A DNA stretch of 64,000 bases. Origin: the human T2T-CHM13v2.0 reference genome, Homo sapiens. Shown piece after piece: positions 41,438-57,560 of the stretch. Within the stretch, counting starts at the first letter, position 1, and each line of letters opens with the position of its first letter. The stretch is from the NCBI RefSeq assembly GCF_009914755.1, contig NC_060926.1; one strand, 5' to 3'. Below the pieces are notes generated by a model. It did not search any database. It was not told where the DNA came from and worked only from the letters and a program-made list of their open reading frames with translations. A program made the translations under genes and the position numbers.

Positions 41438-41809
41438 GCCAGTTTGAACCAACTGCACGTTTTCATAAACAGGCAATTCTCACACTTTTAATGATCTGAT
41501 TTATTAGACCTTCTAAGTAAACAAGCTTAGAACTCTTTCTTTCTCTTTTTAAAAAGGTACATACAGCAACTTTAAGATATTATATGTGTATGTATCTTGG
41601 CAATACTACAGCACCTTTAAGAGGGTATATGTATCTTTGGGAAGATAGACTGTTTTCTAAAGCATAGTCTAGGTTTCTCTAATGCTATGTGAATTTTAGA
41701 ATCACTTTAAGGCAATCAAGTCACTTTGGAGACAAAGAAAGAATAAGATGAAGGTAGCAACTGAAAAGCAACCTCAGATAAGCTATAGCTATTTTCATAT
41801 TCTTTACCC

Positions 41810-42370
41810 CCATAATTTTTGTGGGAAATTACTATAAGGAAATGATCAGAGATGAGCACAAAGATTTATGTTCAGGGTGTATATTAGGGTGTTGGTTATT
41901 ATAGAAAAAAAACCAAAAGCTTCTTAATTGTCCAATCTCAGGGACATAATAAAATATGGCACATCAAAATGATGGGATATTATGCAGCTATTAAAAATGT
42001 CATTTCAAATAATTTTTAAAGACTTGGAGAAATATTTATCATATAGCATTAAGTGACAATTTAAAAAAAACAGTAAACAAAACTATATCCAAGGCCTAGC
42101 CTAGTGTCTGGCACCTGGCAAACATGCAAAAAGAATTTTGTTGCATTAAGTAACATATACAATGAGATAGCAAGTCTATATTTTAAGTAAATATGTACAT
42201 ACATACATAAAGAGGAAGAGTAAGAGAAAAAAGACCAAGTCAGTAGTATTTATGTCTTAGTGATTAGATTACAAGTTATTTTCTCCTTTTTTCTTTTGCT
42301 CATCTGTATATACCACATCTTACAGTTAATACCTATCACTGATATAGTTGGGAAAGAAAAGAAATGCTAT
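41810..42370 (+). mobile_element. L1ME-like 3' fragments
   Basis: gcacaaagatttatgttcaggg...gatattatgcagctattaaaaatg...atagcattaagtga. Confidence 0.6.
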
Positions 42371-42574
42371 AAAAACTAAATGTGAAAACACACATTTACA
42401 TGAAATTGCATTTTAAATGGAATTTTAAAAGAGTAATTAGAACACAGAAGCCTGCCAATCCCAGCAGCAACAACAGAAGCAAAGTCTTGAATTGGAAGGT
42501 CACATATGCCTGTTCCCAAATAGATGCTCCAAGGCAGGCCAAACTGGAATTCTGGGACTAGAAGAACAGCTGGA

Positions 42575-42897
<323 letters not shown>

Positions 42898-44573
42898 TAA
42901 AGCAAGTATATGCTTCATTTTTCACTTTGCATCAGAATCTTCTGTGTTGAGATGATGTATAAAATCTAAGCCAAATTGAACTAGTTTTAATTCATACTGT
43001 TTACTGAACAACATTAGCCCAATTTTTCAACTGAAGATTTTTCTTGCTTTTGGTAGAAAAAAGGCTATTTTGCATGTCATTGGCTAGGCTTCAGAAACCA
43101 AAGGTTTTGGCCGCATGAGGTTCTCTCAGTGCAGGGGGTTAGAAGGTACCAATGCCTCAGTGTAACATTTGAAGTGGGAGAGTGTGAGGTAGTAAATCCA
43201 TGTGTTTCCAATTTTCCCATCCCTGAAACCACAGATTAGAGAAAATCTCCGCAAATAATTTTTGATGACCTCAAATGGCTTCAATTAAATGAAATCAAAT
43301 CAAATATTTCTAGTTGAATACTATGTATTGTTAATAAGGATGAAATGTGTTCTTGATCGACCGAGTATCTGAAAAAAAACTATCTGGCTCTTTAAATGAT
43401 ATATATTTAAGCCCTGTCACTAAGTAGCCATTTAATTAAAGTAAATGTCTCAGCATAAATCCTGCTGGCACAGGGTCATGTAGGTTTAAAAATCAACCTG
43501 CAATTAGGACTTTCGGCCTAATTATGTGGCAACAAACTTAGCTAGGAGCAGTGACATATTGAGGGTCTTTAAAAGCTTTACACTTTTGTGCCAAAATTTA
43601 TGATGCTGTTTCCTCCTCCTTTCCTTCTCAATTTGTATGCAACTTCACAACCTTGATTAACAGCAGCATCTGGCAGTTCTCTTCCAAGCAGCTGTGATGT
43701 AGAGGAAAGAACACAAAATTTAAAGTCAAACCAATCGGGGTTCAAGGACTTGCTCTGCCCCTTGCTGGCTCCAACTATGCCCTGGATGCCTGTCTTAGTA
43801 AAACCAAGAAGACATCACCTACCTCTTCTGGAGGCTTGTGAGGATCAAAAGAGTAACTCATGTGAAGATACTGGGTACAAAGTCGTCATTCAAAATGCAG
43901 TCTGGTATAGTTTTCAAATATTAGTGTCCTAATGTGGAAGTAATATGTAAGAATGGTGCTTCCATTCAACAGAGGAAATGAGTCATTTCACCCTAAAGGT
44001 CTCTCACTTAGGAAGAGCAGCAATATTTCCTCCATAATTCATGCTATCCAGTAATCCACGAATTTCTTTGGAGTTTCTTCTGTGAACTAATTAATACCCA
44101 CCAAAGGATCAATGTCATTGCAGGGAAAATCTGTGGCTTCTTAGTCTGTCCTACCTCCCTCCATTTTAGGAGCTGTCCCTCCTAAATCCTTGTGATCCAG
44201 ATGAAACTGTTCATCGAGACATTTCCCTCCGCTGTTCTCATCAGCAGGGCTGGGTGCATTATCCAGGCTGACCAGAGTGCTTTTTCAGAAATTGATTTGG
44301 ATTGTGGGAGGAGAGCAAGGGTGGCCCGTTTCTAAGATACTGAGTTCAAAGTGCATGTCATCATTTCTCACTTCCCCTTCTATAACTGGAAGACAGTAGA
44401 CTTTCCATTTTGCACTAACATCAGCCCACACATAACTACCTTTTCTGGACTTTTTCCAGCAGAAAAACATTTCCAACCTCACAAGCATCAGCGTCCAGGA
44501 AGCACTACTTTATGCCATGAAATCTAAGGCAGCCAGAAGGCAGGGTCTGGCTTTGTCAGCAAGCATATTGGTT

Positions 44574-44576
<3 letters not shown>

Positions 44577-44618
<42 letters not shown>
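44577..44618. repeat. (CA)21 microsatellite
   Basis: Pure CA run, counted from the sequence. Confidence 0.97.
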
Positions 44619-44621
<3 letters not shown>

Positions 44622-46469
44622 CAAAAACAAAAACACACAGAAAATCACTCCTCTGGGGGAAAAGAAAAAAAAAGGACTCAGTGACCATCAAAAACGAAAA
44701 GGCAGAGCTGGCTGATCTGCAAAAGCTCCCAGACAAAATCACCAGCACTCTAAGAGGACTCTGAAGATGAAAAAGGTTTGACTATTTTCTCATCACTGTT
44801 TGCCAACTGAGTCTGGTTTTGCTGATGAAAACAGATAATTTCATTTACTTTCCACTTTTTTTTCATGGTCCAATGATCTCTCACATTACTAGGTTATCTA
44901 AATAATCACAATTGTCTCCTATTTACTGATGCATTGTGTTTTTCAATCCATCAAAACCAGTAAAGAAGCAAATAAATATCCAGGGTGTCAAGTATAACAT
45001 AAATGCTACCAGGATGTCATTCAAAATAGAGCCATCTTTTAAGGCTCAAAAACCATCCAGTGATTTGGATTTTCACTAAGGTTGGATAGCTCCCAAAATG
45101 GATTTTGATGGGGGAACATATCCATATTCTTTAATATGGAAAATGTTGGGATCCTCATAGCCCACCAAAATTCAAGTGATTGAACTAGAGGAAGAGCAGT
45201 ATTTGCTTGAATGACATAATAGACTCTCCTGCAGAGGCAGCAAAAATAGCACATTCAATTGGGTATCTGAAAAACACTTGAAATTGTTGTATAAAACAAC
45301 TGAGAAATTAAACAACAGGAAAATGTCTGGGCAACAAGTCCAGAAGAGGTGACTTTCCCCCTTTTGTGCAGAGCTATAACGGTTCTGAGCCACTCATCTG
45401 CTCTTTCTCAAGGAACACCCTTGAGATTTTTATCCTTTGAGGTAATAAAAGTATGAGAGCCTCATTTAACAACTGTGGGATCCAGGTTTTCTCATCTGTT
45501 AAATGAATGAGTTGGAAGGTATGTATTTTTGTAGGTTCTTTCCAGATCTAAAAAGTCTGTGGTTCAGCACAGAATACACAACTCTCACAGAGTTTCCAAA
45601 AACATTGGAGCAATTGGCCCCCAAGGAAAGAACATTCAGCCACAAAGCCCTTCACTCCTGTACTGAAACATTTGTTCCCTCTGCTTCCTATTGATGGATA
45701 AAATAAGATGGGCAATAGTGCTAGTATTTACATAAGAGTTTTTACTAATGAAAATCAAGATGAAAATACTAGAATAAAATAAAAGAAAAGAATAATGGTC
45801 AAGATCAGGACACCAAAACAGATGGATTCTCATTTGCCTGGGATACTTTAAGAGAGGTCTTCCTCTCCTAAAATGTCAGAGAGATGGGAAGACTATCCTG
45901 TACCTGAAAGGATAAAAAAGATATTCCAATAGAAGGAATGAAAGATGTTTACTGAGATTATTCTTCTCCAACATTTTTCCCCTTCCAAATTCCCAGGAGC
46001 AGGTGTCTCTGCCTTCTTTAAGACAGCAACTACTGATCCTCACCTACACCCCTCCATTCTCCAGGGATGTCTGAAATACCAGTGGGACTTCCTGCTATTC
46101 CCTGCTACCTTTCTGGATCTTAGCTGTACCACTCCCCTTCACCCAGTGAACATGGCATTCTGCAGCCAAAGTGAACCATTTACCTGGGTTTTCCCAGCTT
46201 CACATCTTGGCTCAAGCTCTTCTTTTAATTGCTCCCAAACCAATAACTACAGTTGAAGGGCCACTTTCTCCATAAAGCCACCCATGACACATCCTACAGC
46301 CCACTTTGTACCTCCCGCATATTTCTGCCATGGACTGATGAAAACCTGTACTTTTGGAGTTTAAGAAAGGGATGGTGAGAAATTAAATATTGACTGCCCA
46401 AGGGATAGAGAAAAAAACACAGTTGCCTGATGCCACTTTAGACTTCCTGGTATGGGAGGGTAAAGTCCC

Positions 46470-47083
<614 letters not shown>

Positions 47084-47094
47084 CTAAAGTCACT

Positions 47095-47183
47095 TTTTTA
47101 AAACCATTTTTAAGTGGATAGTTCTGTGGCATTAGGCACACTAACATTGTTATATGACATCACTATTGACCACTTCCAGAACA
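47095..47183 (-). mobile_element. Short L1MB-like 3' fragment
   Basis: accatttttaagtggatagttctgtggcattaggcacactaacattgtt...ccagaac. Confidence 0.65.
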
Positions 47184-48683
47184 TAAAGTCGCTTTTGCTT
47201 AAACTAGTTCGGTGGGATTTCTGTTACTTGCGTCCAAAAAAAAATTCCTGACTAATAAATGCATCATATACATTAGTAAAGGTAAGAAATTCAGAAGGGC
47301 TTTGAGAGCTGTTTTAAAAATGATAAATAAAGCAAAATTTTCTGGCACCATGAAAGCAGACGGGACCCCAATGAAAGGTTCCCGAGGACAATCATGGTCT
47401 GCAAAGTGCAGGAAAAATAATTCACCAGATGGATCATGTGGTGTAAATCACTGATTTTTTTTTTAATTTTTATATTTGTAATAGGAGAACGCACCAGGAT
47501 GCAAAGGAAGCTCAAATCTCACCTCCCAAGGGAAAAAGACATTCTACAGAGAAAATTAGAATTGTGCCAAGAGGGCAAATCTCCAAAGGCAGGGAGAGGC
47601 CTTAGAGAATACGAAGGAAGTAACAAGAGTGAGTGAATGCCTTCTAACAAAAATTTCCCTTTATTTTAACAAGCTGTAGAAGGCTGTTCTTCATATTAAC
47701 CTTACATATAAAAATAATTTATTAAAAGTTTAATTGAAGAATAATCAAGATCAATTTTTTCATGTCAGCAGAAAACTCTATGCAAATTACTTTGAAAGTA
47801 ATCTAAAAAACTTACACAAGAATGAAAGTGTACAATATTTTTAAATGTAGAAACAAAGATAGCAGTCATATCCTAATCCTTTCTTTGTGGCAGGCCTTAA
47901 TTCCCTCACAGCTTTTATTTCTTCTTTACCATGTATTTAAATTTGAATAACATTATATCCAATTTTCTCCAGGAAAGAAATTCCTGTCATTAATATGGAT
48001 AAATATTTTATTATAAATTCTACAGTGTTATGATCCAATAAGGAGTTAGACTAGCCACTATGATGTTCTTGGTATCATAGTTGTTAGCCTAGAAAATGGG
48101 TTCTCCATATAACGGAAAGGTTTTTCTTATTTCTCTGCTTTTTTCTCCACTTATCAAAGTATTGTCATTGTGTATTTCAAGATGAGAAATATGATGTAAA
48201 GAAGGAAATGCAACAGAGAGTTGTCATAGGTAGACATTGGTCATTTGCTTGGTAGCCAGACTCAATCACAAATACTCTTTACCTTTGTGGGGAGGCTCCA
48301 CAGCTAGACAATGAATGCTTCAATTAATTCCTATGTCTGGCTGATTATATTTCTGGGGGAAAAAAAATGGGTTATAAGCACACTCTCAGCTAAAGCATTT
48401 AGTTTGCCCACAGCAATCAGTCTCAGAAGGACTTTAAAATTTTAAAATGCTGACTTTAAATCAGCATTAAAACCTCTGAGACATTTAACAGCCTTTATTA
48501 AAGGGGCATTCAGGAATCTACTTTATGTTGACTCACAGGTAGGCTTAGAACTGATAATTTGCTATCCCAGTGGGTTTTTAAGATCATGTTATATAATGTC
48601 AAAGTCATTTTTACAAAAACAACTTGGAGAACATACTCTCCTAAGTTAACATTATTTGAATTATTGTAAAAATAGCTGCTAGA

Positions 48684-48986
<303 letters not shown>

Positions 48987-48999
48987 CTAGATAAGGTAA

Positions 49000-49210
49000 T
49001 TTTTTTTTTCAGAGACAGAGTCTTACTCTGTTGCCCAGGCTTGAGTGCAGTGGAGTGATCATAGCTAACTGCAGCCTCAAACTCCTGGACACAAGTGATC
49101 CTCCCACCTCAGCCTCCTGAGTAGCTGAGACTACAGGCACATACCACCATGCCCAGCTAATTTTTTATTTTTTTGAAGAAATGTCATCTCACTATGTTGC
49201 TTAGGCTGGA
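49000..49210 (-). mobile_element. AluJ, 5'-truncated
   Basis: T tail, right arm, linker and part of the left arm. Confidence 0.9.
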
Positions 49211-50504
49211 AATCTTTTTTAATGTAATATTTTAGTTACTCTTTGACTAGTAAGCCTGACCGCAGACTTCTGTCACAGCCTCTACAACACGGAATAAAGT
49301 CCTTCCTAAAGCATAACTTAGATTGCCTCAACTTTTCATCTCTTCCAGGGAAAATTCCCTAAGAATATGAATGCATTATCTTCACCACCCTCGGCCATCT
49401 TTCACTCATCCAGAAGGTCGTTGGTAATGGGACAGCATATGTTATACTGTGTCTCTTTTCACTGGAGATAACCTAAAGAAGCCCCAGAGTGTAAAGTGAT
49501 AGACAGGGGAAGAAATTACATTCGATCAGCCAAAGCTGAGGACTAGAAAGCACAAAAAGTCAGAGAGGCAACCTGGAGTCACAGAAAGCACCCAGTGTTA
49601 AGGGTGGGAAGGCTGGGCTCTGGGCTCTTCCCCCTCTTGGGTCAGGCTACTTTAACATCAGAATCTCACTTCTGCCATCTATAAAATGTTCTACTGCACT
49701 CCATGGCTAAGATCTCATCCTACACCAAAATCCTAACATTAAAATGCTTCAATGACTCAAATACTCTCTTCTGTGATTCTGCTATAGCTAAGAACAGCAC
49801 CTGGAGGAAAAGGAGAAATAAATAAAGGTTCAACCAAGAGACTGGTGTCCTAAGGCAGATAATGTGAGACTGTGATAACTGCCCTGTGTCCTGGGGTTGC
49901 CCACTAGGATCTGCTTTGTACTTTTATTTTTCTTTATCCCCCATGGTACCTGCTGGTGCCTTGTAAGCAGACTCAAGAAGAGGAGGAGGAGGGTAGGGAA
50001 GGAGGCTTCTAAACTTCTTGAGCCATAGCTGAAAACACAAAGGCAGGAGACAAAACAAAACTACCAAGAATAGTGTGTAATGGGAACTAAATATTCTCTT
50101 TAAAGATCAAAAACTTCAAAGAAGATGGAAGTTTTATTTAAGCCTTCAGATCCCCATCACTTGTGGATCACGCAGCTTTAAAAAACATTCTCTGCCCTCA
50201 TTCTTCTGGAAGATTGAGACCTTCCTCTCGCCCAAGGACACATCCTCTCTTCTCTGTTTTCCCCTTGTTGGTTTTTCAGTGGGTGTGACAGTCACAAAAT
50301 AAGGGTTCTGGAGAAGTTTGGGAGAAAGGGCATCATCCTCATCACCTAGGGCTGTGCTCATTCTGTTGGAGTTTGCTTTCAACAGGTTTCTTTAGGCAAT
50401 CCGATCACTTCATGTTCCTCCATCAGATTTCCTTCTCTTAATCCTAATTTTTTGTTTGCTGCTATTATTTTGATAAAACTACAACAGAGTTTCAAGGTAG
50501 TTGA

Positions 50505-50828
50505 TTTATTTATTTTATTTATTTTTTATTTATTTATTTTTTTTTTGAGACGGATTCTCACTCTGTCGCCCAGGCTGAAGTACAGTGGCATGATCTTGGC
50601 TCCCTGCAACCTCCACCTCTCAGGTTCAAGTGATTCTCCTGCCTCAGCCTCCCAAGTAGCTGGGATTATAGGTGTGTGCCACCATGCCTGGCTACTTTTT
50701 GTGTTTTCAGTTGAGATAGGGTTTCACCATGTTGGCCAGGCTGGTCTCGAACTCCTGACCTCAAGTAATCTACCCACCTCGGCCTCCCAAAGTGCTGGGA
50801 TTAAAGGTGTGAGCCACCAGACCCAGCT
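50505..50828 (-). mobile_element. AluS
   Basis: Full dimer with a (TTTA)n tail. Confidence 0.94.
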
Positions 50829-50829
50829 G

Positions 50830-51560
50830 ATTTCTTTTTTATTATTAAACTATGAAATAGTTGAAGCATACAAAACAGTTTAGATAATAATGTTACAGAC
50901 ACCCATATACCTACTGCTCAGATCAAGAAATGAAACATTAAAGATCCAAGCAAAGCCCTGGCCCCATTACCTACCCTTCCACTTCACAGTAAACCACTAT
51001 CCTGACATCAGTAGTTATCAATCCCATGTAGGTTTTTAAATATTTTCTGGATGGACTTATGACCATAAATAATGTAGTTTTTTAAAGGTTTACATAAATG
51101 GATTTAGAGGGCATATATATCCTTCTGAAACTCACCTTTTCCATTCAACATTATTATGTTTTGGGGATTTATTCATGTTGATACACGCATTGCTAGTTCA
51201 TTCATTTTCACCCTCATATAGTATTCCATTGCACGCAAAATACTACAAGTTATTTCTCCATGTCAGTATGTGTGTTTCCTTTTTGTTTGTTTCCATGACA
51301 AACAATGTTATGATGAGCACTCTTGCATTAATTTCCTTTTACACAGATGCAAAGTTTTTCCCAGGGGATAAAACCAGAAGGGAAATCACAACCTAGAATT
51401 GTGGGGTGTGCACAGCTTCAACCTATCTCCAAATAACTGCAAATAGTTATAACAACTTACACTCCCAGGAGCACTGTATGAGGGATCCTGTTTAACTATA
51501 TCTTCACTACATTTGTCACTTTCAGATTTTAATGTTTGTAATTTGATGGCTATATCTATT
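50830..51560 (-). mobile_element. L1ME-like 3' fragment
   Basis: ttcaacattattatgtttttggggatttattcatgttg...tagtattccattg...cagcactgtatgaggg. Confidence 0.7.
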
Positions 51561-53035
51561 TGTTGTGTGCTTTCACCTATCACTTACATAATGGAAAAGT
51601 TTTTACAAGACAAAACAACTTTTAAGATATTTACTGGATGTGAATAATAAAAAGACGATTCCACGAAGGTATAAACAAACCCCGAAAAGTAGTAGATACA
51701 TAGATACATGTCCGTATGTGTTATAGAATGCATTTTTAAAAAGAAATTTCCATCTGTATTTATGAAATGTTGGTTTCTGAGGGGCTGGTTACATCTATGG
51801 AAAGGATCTTGGTCCCTTAAACTGTTCCCTGAAGACATTCTGCATTCTGGAAGGTAAATCGAGTCCTGGACTTCATCAGGCAGTGTGCAAGAAGCACCAC
51901 CACCACATGGCACTGATGGAAGTGGCCCTCCATGGCTCAAATTGTGACCATAGTTTGAAGACACTCAGATTAAAAAAGTTAAATGGAAGAAAGAGCAGAA
52001 ACAGGGAAATCAGCTTTGATCAACTGTATCCACAATTGGCTTTTTCCTCCCTGTAAATATAATAATTTTAATGATACAGCATTTAAAATTATGTAATCTT
52101 TTAGGGATCATTATTAAGACCAAATACAGCTTTTCTGAGCTTATCCCAATGGGTAAGCCTGAATAAGGGGTAGAAGGAGATGGTCTTAAGAGATGCTCTT
52201 CAAAAATCTAAGATTGTCCTTGTGTATTTTCATAGCAATCTCTCCATTAAAAGCAGATATCTAGAGAATTGTCTTTTTTCCCCTTTTTGTATATTTAAAT
52301 TTCTAATGCTTACATGATTATCTGGGTGATGAATTTAAGGTCATTTTTGTTTTATTCATTATGCTTTTTGGTTTGTTGCGCTTTTCTATACAGCATAACT
52401 AACACCCAATATATCTATTTTTTAAGCCCCATAGGATTTAAAATACAAATGACTCAATTTTCTTTCCTTTTCTAGGAAAAAAGGTGAAGGGTTGGTAATG
52501 ATGATAAACATTGGTTGTTTCTAAAGCACCTCTTTTCTAATTATATCTGTGTATACCTGACACAGCATGAGATCATTTATTATCCACATTTCCTAGTTGA
52601 ATTATAGAATTGTTATAGATCATAGGCTCTAAAAATCAAAACACATTTGAAGTTCCTCATGGATACAGATGGTGACTTCCTGTTAGGAAGAACACAACAG
52701 TTCAGAATCTTGTCTAGATTCTTCTGACACAAAAGAGGATTATATTGCCAAAGCTTTTAATGTGTGTGATGGGGAGGGAGAAAAGGGAAGAGGAGGGAGA
52801 TGACCTTGAGCTTTGGATTTACTATGACCCACTTCTAGGTGGATGACAACTGCCTTTGTGGATCTGAGAGACCAAAGATTTGAAAAGAAAGGACTTATGT
52901 GGAAAGCTTTGGTACCAGATTTATGCCACATATCCCAGTTTTCTTTTGCTATTCGAGCGTAAACCAAAAAATAATTTAGCCTAATTCCTGTAGGTTTAAT
53001 AATTTGAAACTAAGTAAATAAGAACATTAAATTAA

Positions 53036-53367
<332 letters not shown>

Positions 53368-53919
53368 AATCTGCACTGCATTACATTTAAACATAAATCA
53401 GGTTTTGGGAAATCTGATTCCCAAGGAAGAATAATTTACTTTTAGAAGGACTGGAATTTTAACCCAGAAACAGACCTAATAATTTGGCATTCAACAAAAT
53501 ATAACTTTTTCCCATTGGACTTAAAAGGTGATATGGGGTGGAAATTGCTGTTTACCTTAAAAATAGTTTGCAAGCCAAACGTTCTCTTCTAGGCCTATGA
53601 ACAAATTCTCCTAGCATAAACTTCTGAGAGAAAACACTTCCAATTATCTAAAAATAAATAATTCCTCTTTTCTGGCTATATTAAACTCTCTATGCATCTT
53701 TCTCCCAAACTTCAATGTCTCACTAAAAAAAGGCTTTTATGGCTTTCCCTGGAGAATTATCTTACAAATCAATGGCATAGCTTCAATAACTCTTTAATAA
53801 CTTTCCTGTCTTCCAAGACAAAAATGATCAGTGCTCTTCATTACAGTAAACCCATTTACAAGCTGCTGTGTCATCTATAAATCCCTTGGTTAGAGACCAA
53901 CTATATATATTTTAAAATA

Positions 53920-54590
53920 GAATGTTAGAACTGAGTGTGTCTTAGAGTTGATCCTACTCAGGCTGCATAATCAAATCCCCTGGACAGGCTTTGGGAATAC
54001 TGATGCCAGGGTGTATCCACACCAATTAACTCAGAGCCAATTAATCACCAATTACATTCATTTAAATCAGATAGGGCCCAGTCACCAATATTTCTTAAGA
54101 GTTTCCCGACCAGGCACGGTGGCTCACGCCTATAATCCTAGTACTTTGAGAGACTGAGGCGGGTGGATCATGAGGTCAGGAGATTGAGATCATCCTGGCC
54201 AACACAGTAAAACCCCATCTCTACCAAAATACAAAAAATTAGCCAGGTGTGGTGGTGCACGCCTGTAGTCCCAGCTACTCGGGAGGCTGAGGCAGATGAA
54301 TCACTTGAACCAGGGAGGCAGAGGTTGCAGTGAGCTCAGATCGACCACTGCACTCCAGCCTGGCGACAAGAGCAGACTCCGTCTCAAAAAAAAAAGTTTC
54401 CCTGGTGATTCTGATGTATAGTGAGGGTCAGGTACCACTAATCCAGTCCAACCACCTCATTCCACAGGTAAGGAAGCTGAGGCCCAGAGGTATTAAGTGA
54501 CATTCCTGAAGTCACATAGGTAATTAGGCATGTTGCCAGGATTAGAACCCACATCTTCAGATTCTTTCTTCTCTATTACATTACCTTCTT
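53920..54590. mobile_element. Nested MIR > MER5A > Alu
   Basis: MIR (gaatgttagaactg...ccagtccaaccacctcatt...aggaagctgaggcccagag) is split by a MER5A, which is itself split by an Alu. Confidence 0.65.
54108..54395 (+). mobile_element. AluSc-like
   Basis: Full dimer with TSD aa(g/a)agtttccc. Confidence 0.93.
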
Positions 54591-55389
54591 TCATAACTCT
54601 ATTTCTCCTTCTGAGATTACATCTCAGAATTTGATTCCAAAAAGGGACCACAATATGGACCCAATTCCCTGGGAGCTCCCAGAGACCTGCTATCTAACAG
54701 CCAGTCTGACTGCTGCTTTTACCCTAGGAGTTCACTGCTGTCAGGACAACCATATCACCCTGTGGGCTGGAACACACCTCCCTCCTGCCATCCTCAGCAG
54801 AAAACAGCATCTTAATTCTCAATCTATATTAATGGTTTTCTTTATTGCTTCTACCAACCCCTGTCTTCTGATACCTCTCTTTAAAGGAAATAATAACAAC
54901 CTCTTCTAAAAAACTTCATTCGGTGGTAAACTGAATTTCCAGTGTAGTGATGAACTAAAAGCCTTCATATAAAGAAATGGCTTCAGGGCAACTTCTTGAG
55001 GAAGGAATAATTTGCTGACAGGTGGTCTGAAGCTTTGCTTTCAGCAATAGCTGGACCGAGGACTGCAGAATTAGAGCAGGGACCTGGAAGCAGGTGAGGC
55101 TCCTAAGTATTGGGTGTCCCATTGCATCGCTGGCCCCTTCCCAGATTCTGGAAAGAATAAACATAATTGACAAACTAGGGTTTAGTGAACACCTCCTGGT
55201 AAACACGACTGAAGGTGTGAAAACTCCTCAAGGGCCATCTCCTTTGCATATTCTGCCCTATCCTATGTGCACATCCCAATTCTACTAAACTATTTTAAAA
55301 TAACCCAAAAAGTGTTTGTTTTACCAAAAAAAAAAAAAAATCCTTTGGGGGCAAGAAGAAAAAGACAGCTGACTTGTGAGAATAAGGCA

Positions 55390-55970
55390 TCAGAACAACG
55401 GGAGAGTTGAATGATCACTGGACCAGGAATCTGAAGACATCCATTCCAGCCTTGCTGTTGCCACTCATGGCTGTGTGTGTTGGGAAAAGTCCATGTCTCT
55501 GGGCTTCATTTTCCTCATAGGTAAAGCTCAGATAATACCTAACCTGACTGCCCCATGGGCTGGGTTATGAAGATCAAATAAAGAGACAATTAAATGTAGA
55601 GATAATTTATATAAAAGCATATTTATAATAAGCTGCACATTAAGAAAGAACAAAGAAGATGAAGTCTGTATCACCAGATAAATTAAAACATTCAGCACTA
55701 AATTCCAAAACAAAAGAGCTGATTATAGAATGATTCAGCAATATAATAGCATGCTTAACATCCCAACTGTAAGTCAGACAGACCCGGAATCAAATCTTAG
55801 CTGTGTCAGTTTCCCTCTCTGAGCCTCAGTCTTCTCATCTGTACAATGGAAATTATGGTGGGATTTACCTTGGATATTTGACAAGGTTGACATTAGATAA
55901 TTACATAAAGAGCTTAGCTTAGTGGCTGGCATATAGTAAGTGCTCAGCAAATGTTAGCTGCTGGTTATTG
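55390..55970 (+). mobile_element. Two MIR copies (about 55390-55640 and 55735-55970)
   Basis: MIR cores tctctgggcttcattttcctcat and ctctgagcctcagtcttctcatctgtacaatgg...tagtaagtgctcagcaaatgttagc. Confidence 0.75.
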
Positions 55971-56478
55971 CTATCATCATAGCTGTTATTGTCATTACTT
56001 CCCCTACCTCACAGGGTGGTGGTGAACAGTTAGGAACAGATTTTTAAAGCAGTGACAAATAGAAATCATTCAAGAGATGGTCATCATTACTCTACCTGAG
56101 TCACGAGCTCTCCCTCCTGACAGAGGCAGAAATATTACTAAAGGCACATTTTCAAACTCTTCGCTTTCTCACCAAGAGATTTCCTTTTGACCTGGTCCAA
56201 TTCTTTATTGACTTTGAGTAAGATCAGGTAGACTGTGAGAGTTCTAGTTAACCACCCTCACATTTCTGTCACAGGCACAGCAATCATCCATCTCTAGGGG
56301 CCCCAGATGCTAAGTGTATTTCTCAAGGCAGAAGCAGGAGTTGGTCGCCTTGGTATTAGCTCTGTGTCCTACAACTAAATTAGGGTGGCCGGCAGGGATC
56401 CAGCTGATTAGCAGAATTATCAGACACCACAGGCAAAGGAAAGAAACAAAGGATCAAAGTTATCTGAAGAGCAGTTAC

Positions 56479-56779
<301 letters not shown>

Positions 56780-57324
56780 TTACCTGAAATGTGGAGTTAT
56801 GTGCTGTGTCTGTGCATGACAAATCACTGATCCTACTGATGTGTTCACTTGAACAGAGAAAACACAGGAGGAAAGAATCACAAAAAGTTAAGGCATAAAA
56901 TACTTGATGTGAAGTTTCACACAAAACACATGCAAATATAATATGAATAATATTCTCTGAAAGTGCTAGAAATGTTAGTTGAGTTCTTTGCTCTGTTAAA
57001 GTTCTATAAGTAATGTGTATAGAGACTTATTAAATCCAAATGAGGAAAAAATGAAAATGAATTAAGATCATTCATAATCAAACCTCCCAGAGATGATGCT
57101 GTTAACATTTTGATATACTTTCATACATGTTCCTATCTGTGTATGTGTAAAAATAGAAATTTTCCCCAAAAGGAGTTATAATAACTCTAGTTAATTAAGT
57201 CCTTTAAAAGCACAGGGGAAGATAGAAGACTTAATGAATTAAATAACAATAACTAGTTTCTCATTTTGATTATCATGTAAGTAAAATATATGAAAACATA
57301 GTGTTTGTCCTTTAGCAATATTGA

Positions 57325-57560
57325 CAGATAATATTTATAAGCACTTATATTGTGCCAGGCACTTCCCTAAAGTCTATATACAAATTAACTCCTTTGGTTT
57401 TCACAACTGCTCTAGGAAGTAGGTACTGTTCTTGTTCCTGAAGACAAGGCACAGTAAGATTAAGTAACTTTCCCCAAAGTCACACAGTAGATACAATGCT
57501 AAACTAGGGCTAGAGCCCATGCAGTAGGGCTCCAGTGTCCATGTGCTTAACCACCTTCCT
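57325..57560 (-). mobile_element. MIR
   Basis: atttataagcacttatattgtgccaggcac...taagtaactttccccaaagtcacacag. Confidence 0.8.
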
